From positions 25,792,001 to 25,856,000 of the forward strand of contig CM069165.1 of NCBI GenBank assembly GCA_035221665.1: a DNA stretch of 64,000 nucleotides, written 5' to 3'. Both the position numbers and the translations under genes were made by a program. The DNA is from Okamejei kenojei. Taxonomy: Eukaryota. Numbering within the stretch: the stretch's first letter is position 1; each line of letters opens with the position of its first letter. Shown piece after piece: positions 25,915 through 38,106 of the stretch. The notes beneath the pieces were generated by a model that did not search any database, was not told the origin of the DNA, and was given only the letters and a program-made list of their open reading frames with translations.

Positions 25915-26937
25915 CTGAGGGGACAGTCCAGAAACGGTTAACGGAGCAAGTTTGCTGGGTCTTAAAGCAGGAGCAGATTTTGGTCGACGTCTGCTGACAG
26001 GTTGGACCTCCTCAACGCGGTGATGACCTTCCTCCTCGGAGGAAGTCCTTAATAGTAAAGAACTCCCTTCTAAGTATGGTGTTGGGTGATAGTGACCCAC
26101 ATTTCTATCATGGACTTCTTGCGTGGTGTCCTGTTTTACTCCAAGGGCAGCAGGTGACTGAGGGCCAGCGGGACTGGTCGGAGGTGACCCACTGGTTGTT
26201 GCACAATCTGAAGCCGAGCTGGTTTGCTGCTTGTGTTTAAATTTAAATGAATCACTCCTCTTTGGAGGTGTGGGAGGCGTTGAACCAGATTCACTCTTCG
26301 AGGACTGTGAAGAATGTGTCTGCTTTTGCATTGGAGAGAGATAATCCATTTTTGGAGGAGTCTGTGGCCTTTTGAAAGTATCTGGATCAAAGACCGGCTT
26401 CCTCTGTTTTGGCATTTTGAATATGGAGAGTTTCCCAGGTTCAGGTGAAACATCCACCATTGTTTTTGGCCAGGTGCCACCATTGTGCTTGGGACTATGC
26501 CCCTTTTCAACTTCAGTCTCTCCCACAACACAATCTGCCACTGTTGACTCAAAGGTGAAGCACCTTTTCTCATGCTCTGCAATCCCGTAGCCTCTATCAG
26601 AGAAAATCTCTGAGCTGAGAGGATTAACTTTAAGGTCTGGATAGTTGCAGCAACTATGCTCAGCTGTCCTGTATACATTAGGCTGTAAAGAACGGCTGGA
26701 CAGCTGTTTGCGATCATAATAACAGCCATCTTTGTGATCAGCTCTATCGCTTTTGTCGTCAAGAATGTTCGAATCTGTAATGAAAATGTCAGTCTGTGTT
26801 GAGCTATTGTGTTTCAAGTTTCGCGTATTAGGAACCAGTACGTCCGACTCTTGAACCCGACAGTTACCAGATTTCTCCGACTCCTTTAGTGTTTCAAGTA
26901 TATTCTGCCCACTCCAAGATGAACTCTGAGGAACCAC
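25915..26937 (-). CDS. DLG5: DLG5 large Pro/Ser-rich linker exon
   Basis: 1023 nt, phase 0-0; VPQSSSWSGQN, GGTWPK, FKRPQTPPK and RRRPKSAP motifs. Confidence 0.96.
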
Positions 26938-28804
26938 CTTCAAAGGAACGACAAAATATTAGTGCTTAATTTGAGCAGTGCACGGTGTTGCTCAACCAAG
27001 ACCTGTTTTAAGTAACACAAATGCAACTATCATCTCTGGAGTTGAACATGCATGGAGCTAAATTAAAAATTAGGTGACAAAATATTTCTGAACTTTAGAA
27101 AAGGGCTACCTAGCTTCAGAAAAATTATGGAAACTGGTGCTATGAATCCAATTTCTACCAAATGTAACCAAGATATTTGTACATGTAAAACATTAGTTTA
27201 GTGAGGATGCAAATATCTACTTTTCCAAATTTTTGGTACAAACCCCATTCCCATCCACCTTCAAAGTCCAACATCACTGCTGTGGGTATATTGGTGTTAG
27301 CACAATTTACAATAGATAGACAATAGACAATAGGTGCAGGTGTAGGCCCTTCGGGCCAGCACCACCATTCAATGTGATCATGGAATGACAATCCACAAAC
27401 CAATTCGACCTGCTATAACTGGTGAATAACATTGTAAAATCTTGACACAAGAAACTGCCAAGTGCTGGAAGATCTCAGCAGATCAGGCAGCATTTGCGCA
27501 AGGGCAGTCAATAATTTGTGTCAAGACCCTTCCTCAGACTAAACAACATTCTAAAATTAGGTTGACATTAGGTAAAAGGCTGGAGTGACCCTTGGTTCAG
27601 ACAGCATCTCTGGAGAAGACGAATAGGTGACGTTTCGGGTCGAGACCCTTCTTCAGACTGAGTCAGGGGAAAGAGAAATAAGAGATATAGATGGAGATAT
27701 AGAGAGAAAGAGAACAAATGAATTAAAGATATGTAAAAAAGTAACGATGATAAAGTAAGGAGGCCATTGTTAGCTGCGGCAAAGGTGAAAACAACATAGA
27801 GGATGAGGCTCAACAAAATGGCTAGGTCTTAAAATTAGGCGATGGATTGTAGATAAGCTGGAAAAGAGAAATGAACGGTATTAAAAAAATAATTTATTTG
27901 AAAAGGGTTCAGATTTAAAAGAATGATTCTGGAGGAATGCCAAGAGATCCACTTTTCAGACATCTGGCTTTGACTTGCAATATCTTCCCAAGGCAGTTTG
28001 AAAGGTTTTAAAACTGGAATCACAGAGAATTAAGTTAATTACTTTAACAGGCTCCAAACGACGAACTGAACAGCTGGGGCACCCAAAGTAGCCTTCACAC
28101 AAATACATAGTATATTTACAGTTGACTTGTGGGAATTCTAGATAATCTTTGATTATTCTACACTAAACAATTACAAGCTGGAGCAAAGGCTGAATAAGTG
28201 GTGAGGGAGTACACTTCAGTCACGAAATACAAACAATTCAACAAAGATGCAATGTTGCAGAACTTCTTCCAATTTCTGTCTTTAATGAAAAAGTCACCAA
28301 TGGACATTATTCTACTTTCATGCAATCATTCTATGCCTGTGTATGGGTACAATGACATCAACTATCCAGAACATTATGCTGTCAGTGAAGCACATGAGAG
28401 AATGGGCCTTGCATCTTATTGCCTGGAAATCTTCTACAACCTGCCCTGTTGAACAGCAATGCCCTCTTGTCCTCAGGACACTAGGTGGTCAGAGTCTTTA
28501 AAAAATGTAATAATCTTACTAACTTCTGAGAAATCCTAGCCAATATCAGCTCAAAATTGAAGAGAAGAATTGGATGGGATGGCACCAAGAACCTATTTAA
28601 TAGGAGAACACTGACAGCCAACATCACTAGTAGTTCCCCACCTCCCATCCCATCAAGCATCTCCTGCCAGAACTGGACGGAAGTAGATTATTCAAAATCG
28701 CAAAGGGTTTGCCTAAAATTATATTATGTTATGCAACTATGCTTTCTATACATTACAATGAAAAATCTGCCAAGGATGGATTTATCATTTTCTCAAATTC
28801 TCCA

Positions 28805-29643
28805 GTGCATCTTCTAGATGCGCTGGGACACATACTCAGTGATGTGACCTGGGGTCATCGGGTGTTTCGGGTCTCACAACATCAGACACACTCGCCCAGG
28901 CGACCCAGCCAGGGTTGATCAAGCCCCGACTTGCGTCCCAGCAGCAACCGCCCACCGATCAGCCCTCTTAATCCAAAGCCACCTAGTGGCTTTCTCTACG
29001 GGTTCGCTTGCGGATTGAATGGCCCTCTTCTTTGCCAGCCCCGTAATGCCCAACTGGTTGAGGACTTTGCAGAGTGAGCATCCTGCAAAGCCTCTACAGC
29101 CCACCTCTATGGACTCATAGTATGTCTTCCAGCCTCTGTCCTGGCACATCTCCACCGGTTCCTGGTACTTTGCGCGCTTCCTCTCATTAGCCTCTTCAAT
29201 ACGCTCTTCCCAGGGCACTGTCAGTTCCAGAATGATCAGGTGTTTTGTCACTTCGGAGGTGATGATCATGTCTGGCCGGAGTGATGTTGCTGTGATGTGC
29301 TGTGGAAATTTCAGCTGTTTGCCCAGATCGACGTGCAGCTGCCAGTCAGTGGCTGTGTAGAGGAGGCCCGTCCTTGTTGTGGTCGGGGCTTCTCTCCAGT
29401 TTTGACAAAAGTGATTGATTTCTTTGGGGCGTCGTGGTGTTTGCTGTTACTGATGGCAGTGGCTATGTTCTCAGCAACCACCTTGAGCACCTGGTCATGC
29501 CCCCAGCGATAGCGACCTTCCCCAAGAGACTTTGGGCAGCTGCTGAGGAGATGTTCTAATGATCCTCTTCCAGAGCAAAGTGGGCTCCTGCCCCAGACGT
29601 GGAGGTTTGCTGGACTTGGTAGGGCATCGTAGACAGCTTAGAC
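28805..29643 (-). mobile_element. 5'-truncated Hero-clade (R2-group, RLE) non-LTR retrotransposon
   Basis: AVYDALPSPANLHVWG; damaged CCHC knuckle (PLCSGRGSLEHLLSSC); RYRWGHDQVLK; RLE motif RPDMII..ILELTVPWEE..KRAKY; IEVGCRGF; followed by a 3' UTR. Confidence 0.88.
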
Positions 29644-30304
29644 ATCGTAAAGGGTTTGTGTTATGTTATGCAACTATGCTTTCTATACATTACAATTAAA
29701 AATCTGCCAAGGATGGATTTATCATTTTCTCAAATTCTCCACATATTCTCTAAACGAAATTTAACTAAACTAACAGTATTTGACAGATTTACCCTCCTGG
29801 GAAGTCAAATTATAAACAGATATGCATGTTCCCTCTTCCACTTACATGATGCTGTAGGACCATCCTCTTGTGGCTTTGGGTGCTTGAGTCCGCTCAGTCT
29901 CAAAGGCCAATGCAGGCCTATGGCTTTAACAATGGCCCATCGCTTTAAAGACTACACGGGAACACTAGAGAATCTTAGCTCAAGTGCAGGGGGAAGGATA
30001 CTCACCATTTTTTAATAAAGATGAAGAATATGATCACAGGGAGTTGGCCTCACTCTGGGAGAATGAGAGCAGCCTGGAGGAGATTGGGGGAGGAATGAAG
30101 AGAAGACTGCAGGAATCAAGAGTGTAAAAGAGGGACAAATAGAGGTAGGATAATGAAGGGGAGACATAGATAGGAAACGTATGCAATGCAAGACATTTTA
30201 AAATTTTTAAGGAGAAACTTTCAAAGAAAACAACTATTTCAAAGTGCCTTTTGGACCAGTCTGATATATTTTTGTGGAACTGAACCATTTTGTGTGAACC
30301 ATAC

Positions 30305-30397
30305 CTTCATTAGTGAAAGACTGACAGAATCCCTGCAGTTTCGTAACAAAGCTTCACATTCTGTCAGTGACTTGTTTTCTAGTGCAATACCATTTAT
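30305..30397 (-). CDS. DLG5: DLG5 exon, PDZ2 (INGIALENKSLTECEALLRNCRDSVSLSLMK)
   Basis: Translated by hand; tcacag acceptor, AAG|gtatgg donor, 93 nt, phase 0-0. Confidence 0.95.
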
Positions 30398-31077
30398 CTG
30401 TGAAAGAGAAAATATAGTTTATGAAAACAGCAACTATTTTGTACAAAAGACAACCTTTGCACTGTATCCAAAGTCTCACTTGTTACTAAAATATTGAACA
30501 TTTAATTACTGCATTGTACATGCCGGTGATCTAATGTACATCAGCCCCATCTTGACCTTTTATTGGTTGAATTTCCTCAAGAAAAATATGATGAGAGTAC
30601 TTTTCCAGACATTTCCATAACTTTTATATACTTAAATGCTGCAATCCCCAAAAGGCCTTACAACTATACAGCTCTAACACTGATCTTAACATTATCAATT
30701 TACTGTCTGCCTTCAAGTTCCTCTATTCTGAGCTAATGTTTTCAGAACATAAATGATATCCAAACACATGGGCCATGGGCAAATAGGATAGCATCTTGTA
30801 TGGCATGGACAAGTTGGGCCAAAGGGCCAGGTCGCATGCGGTACAACTCTAAGAATCTGTGCAGGTACTGGTGGCTTGAGCAGCCAAATGGCCTAATTCA
30901 GCCCCAATCTATTGCTCAATGTGTCAACCTGCCTTACCGTATGAGGTACGTCTAACCTTCATAGCAGCGTTACTGAGATTGGAAATTGTGTGAAATAAGG
31001 GAAGTGAACATGCCCCTACTTCTGCCATAGTGCACTGCAGTTCTGACATTCAAAGTTTGTAAATTCAGATTACTGAC

Positions 31078-31181
31078 TGTAATGAGTCTGTCTCCCACTG
31101 TTAACGATCCTTCTCGAGCGGCAGAGCTGCCAGGGGACACGGTAGCTACATATACTCCTGTCTCCAAACTGATTCCAATGT
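31078..31181 (-). CDS. DLG5: DLG5 exon, PDZ2 (IGISLETGVY...GDRLIT)
   Basis: tttgcag acceptor, gtcagt donor, 104 nt, phase 1-0. Confidence 0.95.
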
Positions 31182-31643
31182 CTGCAAAGAAGGAAATACA
31201 TACGATTAGCATGGGCTGGTTAAACATCTTTCATTCAAACATCAAAATAAACTTTTACACATTAAACATGACAACATGCTGTTACGTTTCACTTATTAAG
31301 GCAGCTAAGTGCTTATATATTTCAAACATTTCAAGCTTTAGCTTTTGAGGGCCAGTCGGGAGATTATATGGTACCTTTTAGAGCTCAGAAAATATGACAA
31401 TTTTCTTTTTAATTCCTTAATTGGAATTACATTCCTACACAGGTTATAGTCAAAGTTATAGGTACACTGACCAGAAATATCAAGCACTCAAAAGAGCCCT
31501 TCCCAAATTACTAAGTAATACACTTCAAATGGAAGAAAGCAGCAGCATGAAACAAAGTGTGAATAAGAGCCATCAGGGATTCAAAAATCAGACAATTGCA
31601 GAAAAGGAGCACTGCCTACAAGTCTACCAGTCTTTCTTAACTA

Positions 31644-31954
31644 GGGGCAGCACAGTGGCACAGGGGTAGAGTTGCTGCCTTACAGCACCAGAGACCCAGG
31701 TTTGATCCTGACTGCGGGTAATTATCTGTATGGAGTTTGTACGATCTCCATGTGACCAGCAAGGCTTTTCTCTGAGATCTTCAGTTTCTTCCCGCACTCC
31801 AAAGACGTATAGGTTTGTAGGTTAATTTGCTTGGTGCAAATGTAGATTGCCCCCGATGTGCGTCGGATAAGTGTTAATGTGCAGGGATCGCTGGTCGGCA
31901 CGGACTCGGAGGGCCAAAGGGCCTATTTACGAGCTGTATCTCTAAACTAAACTA
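31644..31954 (+). mobile_element. tRNA-derived V-SINE (HE1-like)
   Basis: Full head, V-domain, (ctaaa)n tail. Confidence 0.88.
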
Positions 31955-32083
31955 GTATTATAAAAAATAATTTCATTGGCTTTATTTATTATGAACATGA
32001 ATTGGGTGCAACACATGTTGTGGTGTCAAATCTGCATTTCCTAAAGGACAAAACTGCTTTGGACACAGGAAAAGTTAAATTAC

Positions 32084-32259
32084 CTTTGTGACCCACAAGG
32101 CTGATATGAACTGGAGTGATAGCTCTACCTCCCAAGGACTTTCTTCTTCGAACAAGCACATTAATGACCCCTCCACCATTCAGTACTGCTTTAATTACAT
32201 GTTTTCTGTCTTTGTTGGTAAGATCTACATCATTTATTCTGAGCAAGCAATCATTCACC
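32084..32259 (-). CDS. DLG5: DLG5 exon, PDZ1/2 (VNDCLLRIND...LVGHK)
   Basis: ttttag acceptor, AAG|gtaat donor, 176 nt, phase 2-1. Confidence 0.95.
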
Positions 32260-32400
32260 CTAAAACAGAAATAAAAATATATACTTAACAAAGTCATAAA
32301 AGTATATTACACCACTTTCCGTCATGAAAAAATAAATAACATTTTTGCTCAAACTTTTTTATTTTTGAAGGAATTGATCGAAAAAATTAGCTGACTATAC

Positions 32401-32528
32401 CTTAACCTTCCATCTGCAATACTTCCTTTATCAACCTTAATAACAAATATGCCAGAGTCTCCAGGTAGATAAGGTTCATCAGCTCCTCCTGCTACATCGA
32501 AGCCCAGTGCGTTCAAATCCATGTCATC
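32401..32528 (-). CDS. DLG5: DLG5 exon, PDZ1 (DDMDLNALGFDVAGG...GRLR)
   Basis: Translated by hand; ALGF carboxylate-binding loop; 128 nt, phase 0-2. Confidence 0.95.
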
Positions 32529-32657
32529 CTACGTAGAAAAAAAAGTATTCCACACATTGATATTTTTACAGCAGTATACATTTTAGGACAAAAAGACTCA
32601 TCATGGCACACAAAACATCCCTTATTTGTTATGTAGTGCACATCCCAGAAACCTAAA

Positions 32658-32970
32658 GGCAGTAAAGTGGCGCAACTGGTAGAGCTGCTGTCTCATAGCG
32701 CCAGAGAAGTGGGTACGATCCTGACCGGGTGCTGTCTGTGTGGAGTTTGCATGTTCTCCGTGATCTCCTGGCGCTCCGGCTTCCTCCCAGATCACAAAGA
32801 CTTACGGGTTTGTAGGTTAATCGGCTTCTACAAAATCACCCCTAATTTGTAGGGAGTGGATGTGAAAGTGGAATAACGTGGAACTAGTGTAAATGGGTGA
32901 TCGATGATCAGCACAGAGTTGGTGGGCCGGAAGGGCCTGCTTCCCTGCTGTTTCGCTAAACCAAACCAAA
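32658..32970 (+). mobile_element. tRNA-derived V-SINE (HE1-like)
   Basis: gtggcgcaactggtagag A-box, V-domain, tail. Confidence 0.82.
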
Positions 32971-33714
32971 TGCATAAACACTGTGTTTGGAAGAGATCAG
33001 GGGCAAGTGTGCTAATGATCAATTTCCCCAAAGTTTTCATTCTTCTGCAAGGAAGGTAAAGAGTGAGATGACACAACCTCCTCTTGTCTGAATTAGTGGA
33101 ACTCCAATGACATCTGCCCAGAAGGACACCATCCTGCTCAAAGTAACTTGCTTGATTAGTAGTGCCCTATGCATCACTCTGCATATTCACTGCCATCACC
33201 ACTGGCTCACTGTAGCTTTAGTGTCAGCAGACTGCATTTCAGTTGTCTGCCTCAGCCAGTGATTCACTAGTGTTTACACGAGGGACACATTGACAAAAAG
33301 CCTTTGAAGCAAAAGCCAAATTAATTAAATTAACACCTTACTTCTTACTATTCCCAAATGATGTAATTTTACAGAGCAACCCTTAACAAAAGCAGAGCTT
33401 ATGTAAAATAAAAATACTTCTGCACAGAAAAACAGGAAAACGTATAAAATTAAAAAAGCATCAATGCAAGAACATTTTAAGTGACATTAATTCTGCTACA
33501 CAATACTTATAGTGAGGTGCACAACATTATGGCATGTCAATAAGAATTTTACACACATGCACGTCCTTCCTCCCTGCCTGCCTATCTCCTCTCTTCCCAA
33601 CCTCTCCTTGACAATGTCCTTAAACATTTTCAGGGGCATTCTCTGCCCTCTCTGGCCGAGGCTCCCAGCCATGACACGTCTGCACACCTGGCCCTGCGAA
33701 GTTAAGAAACGTAC

Positions 33715-33847
33715 CCTATCTTTTGGAAATTCGACCACTTCGGTCTCCCATTCGAGGGAATCCGTGTCAATAGCTGAATCGTGGGAGTTGTGAGCCATCA
33801 GTTGCCGAATCCGTGCCTCTTTCTCCAACTGGGTTTCCATCTTTTCC
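33715..33847 (-). CDS. DLG5: DLG5 exon (EKMETQLEKE...EFPKDR)
   Basis: caag acceptor, AGG|gtacgt donor, 133 nt, phase 2-0. Confidence 0.95.
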
Positions 33848-35157
33848 CTTGAACGAGCGAGAAGAATTAGAAAATCTACTTTAGGATTCAGATTCATTCT
33901 GTTCTGTAACAAATTAGCTCACCTCATCACTCAAATACCTGCCACTGACCCCAGACTGGCCAAAAACATGCAATTTCTGTTTGTGTGCTTCTATGTTTGT
34001 GGATTGCAGGTTTCTTCATTTGAAGTATGTGAAATTATTATAATTTCTCCCACTGAGAACTGGCCAAAGCAGTACATTAAAAAAATATTGCTTGCCAATG
34101 TATAAATAACATGGCAAGAACGGTTAGGGTTCAGTACTATTAATGACAGAAATACATAACATTTATCAAATGATTTTGTAGCTCCCATTATTCGTAGCTC
34201 CCATTATTCTAGGTTATTGATTATTAAGGGTCTCAAGGGTTATGCGGAGAAAGCAGGCGAATGGAGTTGAGAGGAAAAGATAGATCAGCCATGATTGATT
34301 GAATGGTGGAGTAGACTCGATGGGCTGAATGGCCTAATTCTGCTCCTAGGACATATGAGCTTATAAGTTCAGGACTTCCGTGGTTGACTGTGTACAAAAA
34401 ATCCCAGAATTGCTTCTATTCAAACTGATAATGGTAGCAGCAATTTTAAGTTAAAGCTGAATTAAATATGGATTTAATTAAACGATTAGTATAAATTGCC
34501 ACCGATTCAAATAAATGACACTGAGCATAACTGATGTTGAAATCCGACTATATGTTATTAAGAGTTGCAGAAACCTTGGAGGCTTAAAATAATGATCTTC
34601 ATCCATTAGGAATAGCTGCTACTTTGAGGTAGGCCAAGTTTTAAAATGATTTATTTCAACAAATCACAATCCTCGCAGTTCCACGCTAATGGAAGCTGCT
34701 AATCTGAAACACTTTTAAAACTGACATGCACTTTACCTTGAAGTTATTTATTTTACAATGCTAGATTCCTTGAAAAGATTACTATCGGCAAAAAATAAAT
34801 TATACAGAATATAAACTTTTCTGAAATTAACCAGAAAAGGTTTCAGTGCAAGATTTTCTGAAAACATTGGGCAATTTCTCAAAAAATAGTAATATTAAAA
34901 GGCAATACTCCCAAGTTCAGACAAAGAACAGTTCCAATTTAAATTATGGTATACTTTATTTGAAAAGGCAGATACATATATTTGTGCATTAACTACGAAA
35001 GTAGCAGCATGTCCAACAATCCTTTGCCGACAGCTGTGCAACCAACATGTCAAGTGTGAAAGTTTGAAAGCTACATTATCGATTTGCAAAGCTGGTCCAT
35101 CAGTACATTATCTCTACTGGACAAGCAAACAAATGCAAACTGCATAACTCTCAGATG

Positions 35158-35633
35158 ATACATAGAAACAAAGAAAATAGGTGCAGGAGTAGGCCATTTG
35201 GCTCTTCGAGCCTGCACCGCCATTCAATATGATCATGGCTGATCATCCAACTCAGTATCCTGTACCTGCCTTCTCTCCATACCCCCTGATCCATTTAGCC
35301 ACAAGGGCCATGTCCTAACTCCCTCTTAAATATGGCCAATGAACTGGCCTCAACTACCTTCTGTGGCAGAGAATTCCACAGATTTACCACTCTCTGTGTG
35401 AAAAATGTTTTTCTCATCTCGGTCCTAAAAGACTTCCCCCTTATCCTTAAACTGTGACCCCTTGTTCTGGACTTCCCCAACATCGGGAACAATCTTCCAG
35501 CATCTAGCCTGTCCAACCGCTTAAGAATTTGGTACGTTTCTATAAGATCCCCCCTCAATCTTCTAAATTCTAGCGAGTAGAAGCCGAGTCTATCCAGTCT
35601 TTCTTCATATGAAAGTCCTGCCATCCCAGGAAT
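35158..35633 (-). mobile_element. CR1 LINE 3' fragment (same subfamily as 57618 copy)
   Basis: PGMAGLSYEERLDRLG...VVNLWNSLP; near-identical to 57618-58095. Confidence 0.92.
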
Positions 35634-36038
35634 GATGGTTAAATGAATACGAAAGTAACTGCAAAATAGCTGAGAGGAAGCTTGGTGCATTTTACTGAAT
35701 ACTACTTTAAGAATGGAGCACAGAAACTAGCCTTCAGCCCACAATATCCATGCCGTACATGATCCCAAGTTCTGCCTACACATAATCCATATCTCTCCAT
35801 TCCCGCACACCTATGTACCACCCTGGAAGCTTCTTAAATGTAATTATTGTATCTGCTTCCCCGCCTCTAGAAGGCAAGAACATAAACATTTAAAACCCTT
35901 TTGATAGGTCAGCTTTAGAAAATGCCATCTTCCATGTTTTCCCTTCTCCATCAAAAAAGTTAATTTGAGAAATGTGCTTCAATGGAATAGATTTACAGCG
36001 ATCAAACTACATTTCAAGGTGCAGACATTACTACTTAC

Positions 36039-36164
36039 TTCAGTTCCTTAAGTTCACGAACAGCATCATTCTTTTGTTTCATCATGTCATCGAGATCGCG
36101 AAGAGCTTCAGCCAGATCACTCACAGCTCTATCTCTTTCTCGTCGTAAATTATCACATAATGTT
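36039..36164 (-). CDS. DLG5: DLG5 exon (TLCDNLRRERDRAVSDLAEALRDLDDMMKQKNDAVRELKELK)
   Basis: Translated by hand (not in ORF track); ttgtag acceptor, gtaagt donor, 126 nt, phase 2-2. Confidence 0.95.
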
Positions 36165-36623
36165 CTACAACAATACAAAAATATATACTCATTCTGACCG
36201 AACTAAACCAAAGCTGAAGAATACAAAACATTTTCCATAACACAGGAACAAGCAACCCTTGGTGTGGAGGATTCACTTGCAAGTCTTGTGAATAACACTT
36301 TTTTTTTAAACTGGCTGGTGTCAAAGACTGATGCTGTAACTCATTTTAATATCATTCTATTATTTTTTCGATAATATTTTGGGTTAATACTCAAAAGTGC
36401 AATTAAGGATCTGCAGGACCAGAGGCATTGTTGTGAAGCAATGCCATTATGATGAAGCATCTGAAGATAGCAAAATCTGGATGGTGGCACAATCAATAAG
36501 CAATTGCAAAATCATCCAAATATTACAGTTCTGTTGCAGCGCGCTGCAGGAACAGAAAAGGAAGTGAGTTTAGGGAAACAACCCTGGAGAAACTTTGGGA
36601 AAACAAGACTTACAATGTTAAAT

Positions 36624-36844
36624 GTGTAGGAAGCAACTGCAGATGCTGGTTTAAATCGAAGATAGACACAAAAAGCTGGAGTAACTCAGCGGGACAGGCA
36701 GCAACTCTGGAGAGAAGGAATGGGTGACGTTTCGGGTCGAGACCTTCAGACCTGACCCGTCTGAACCCAAAATGTCACCCATTCCTTCTCTCCAGAGATG
36801 CTGCTTGTCCCGCTGAGTAACTCCAGCATTTTGTGTCTATCTTT
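36624..36844. repeat. Penelope-derived fold-back (inverted pLTR pair)
   Basis: Two inverted arms of about 80 nt (aagatagacacaaaa...gggtgacgttt / aaatgtcaccc...ttttgtgtctatctt). Confidence 0.85.
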
Positions 36845-37116
36845 AGTTTTACTCTAACACGTGTTTCCATAACGCAAATTGAATATAACAGGTGATGAAT
36901 TGAGGAACATCATTAGCATTATGCAGACCAACATAATGTAACATGATTTAGATTCGGGAATATTTACTTTGCAAATTCACAAGCAGAAAATAAATGCTAT
37001 CTTGGCTTTAAAAAAATGTCGGGGCCAAAAATCCTGCTTCTATATAGACTTTTGATGTCATCTAATTAGTCTAGCTGATCTGTCAAGTGATGTGTAAATG
37101 GAAGAAGATGATGACC

Positions 37117-37372
37117 TTTAGAAAGGAGATGAGGAGGAATTTCTTTAGTCAGAGGGTGGTGAATTTATGGAATTCATTGCCACAGAGATGGCCAAGTCAA
37201 TGGGTATTTTTCAGGCGGAGATTGACAGATTCTTGATTAGTGTGGGTCAGGGGTTATGGGGAGAAGGCAGGAGAACTTGGTTGGGAGGGAAAGATAGATT
37301 AGGCATGATTGAATGGCGGAGTAGACTTGTTGAACCAAAAGGCCTAATTCTGTTCCTATAAATTATGAACTT
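37117..37372 (+). mobile_element. CR1 3' fragment
   Basis: EMRRNFFSQRVVNLWNSLP. Confidence 0.8.
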
Positions 37373-37921
37373 AGGACAGTTGCAGAGGAAAATAATACGT
37401 TTGAACTCTGAACTGAAATAAAAGATGCATGTGAAAATCTGCATGTGAACGGCTAGCATCCATGATGAGAGAAAAACTGAGTTTATTGTCACAGGTCTGT
37501 GACCTTGGCTAAGAAATATTCAGTTCTGATACATAGAGGAAAGGCTTGTTTATTTTAATGGTTGAAATTAATATTGGATTTCAACAGTTGCAACTTGCAT
37601 TGACGGATGGTAAAAATAATGTTATCACTAGGACAGGCGTGTCTCTACCTTTCACCCTTTCGCTCTCTGTAGCTGAAAGCACATTTGCTTTCTCACTCTC
37701 CCAATTCTGATGAAGGGTCATTGACCTAAAGCATTGACCGTACCCCTCTTCAAAGCTGATGTCTGGCCTACTCAGTAGTTCCAACCTTCTCTATTTCTAT
37801 TGCCACTGGAAACTATGCCAAGGATGTATTATTATCATTAGAATGAAAGGAAGGCATGAACTGAGTACTGAGGCTTAATCAGCATAATTTGTGGCATTAA
37901 AGGACTATGTGAGCATCTTAC

Positions 37922-38106
37922 CGTATGCTTTCTCGTTCTGCAACTATTTTATCTCGTTCTTGGAATGCCCAGTCCCGCCTGCGTTTAGCCACTTCTGCCT
38001 CCTGTATGCCTTCCTTTAGTTCCTGGGACATGGCTTCACACTGCTTCCGTAGCATCTCGATTTCCTTACTGGCCCTTTCCATGTCCAATGTCGCCGAGTC
38101 TTGTTT
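37922..38106 (-). CDS. DLG5: DLG5 exon (KQDSATLD...ERESIR)
   Basis: tttacag acceptor, CG|gtaaga donor, 185 nt, phase 0-2. Confidence 0.96.

Noticed and set aside
26136-26762. 208-aa alternative-frame ORF inside the large DLG5 exon
   Set aside because: Shadow frame of a Ser/Pro-rich exon with no motif support.
28557-30015. Duplicated peptide YVMQLCFLYIT.KNLPRMDLSFSQIL in two ORFs, as a gene duplication or LTR pair
   Set aside because: It is the translation of the AT-rich flanking duplication. There are no TG..CA ends, PBS or PPT, and the enclosed element is non-LTR.
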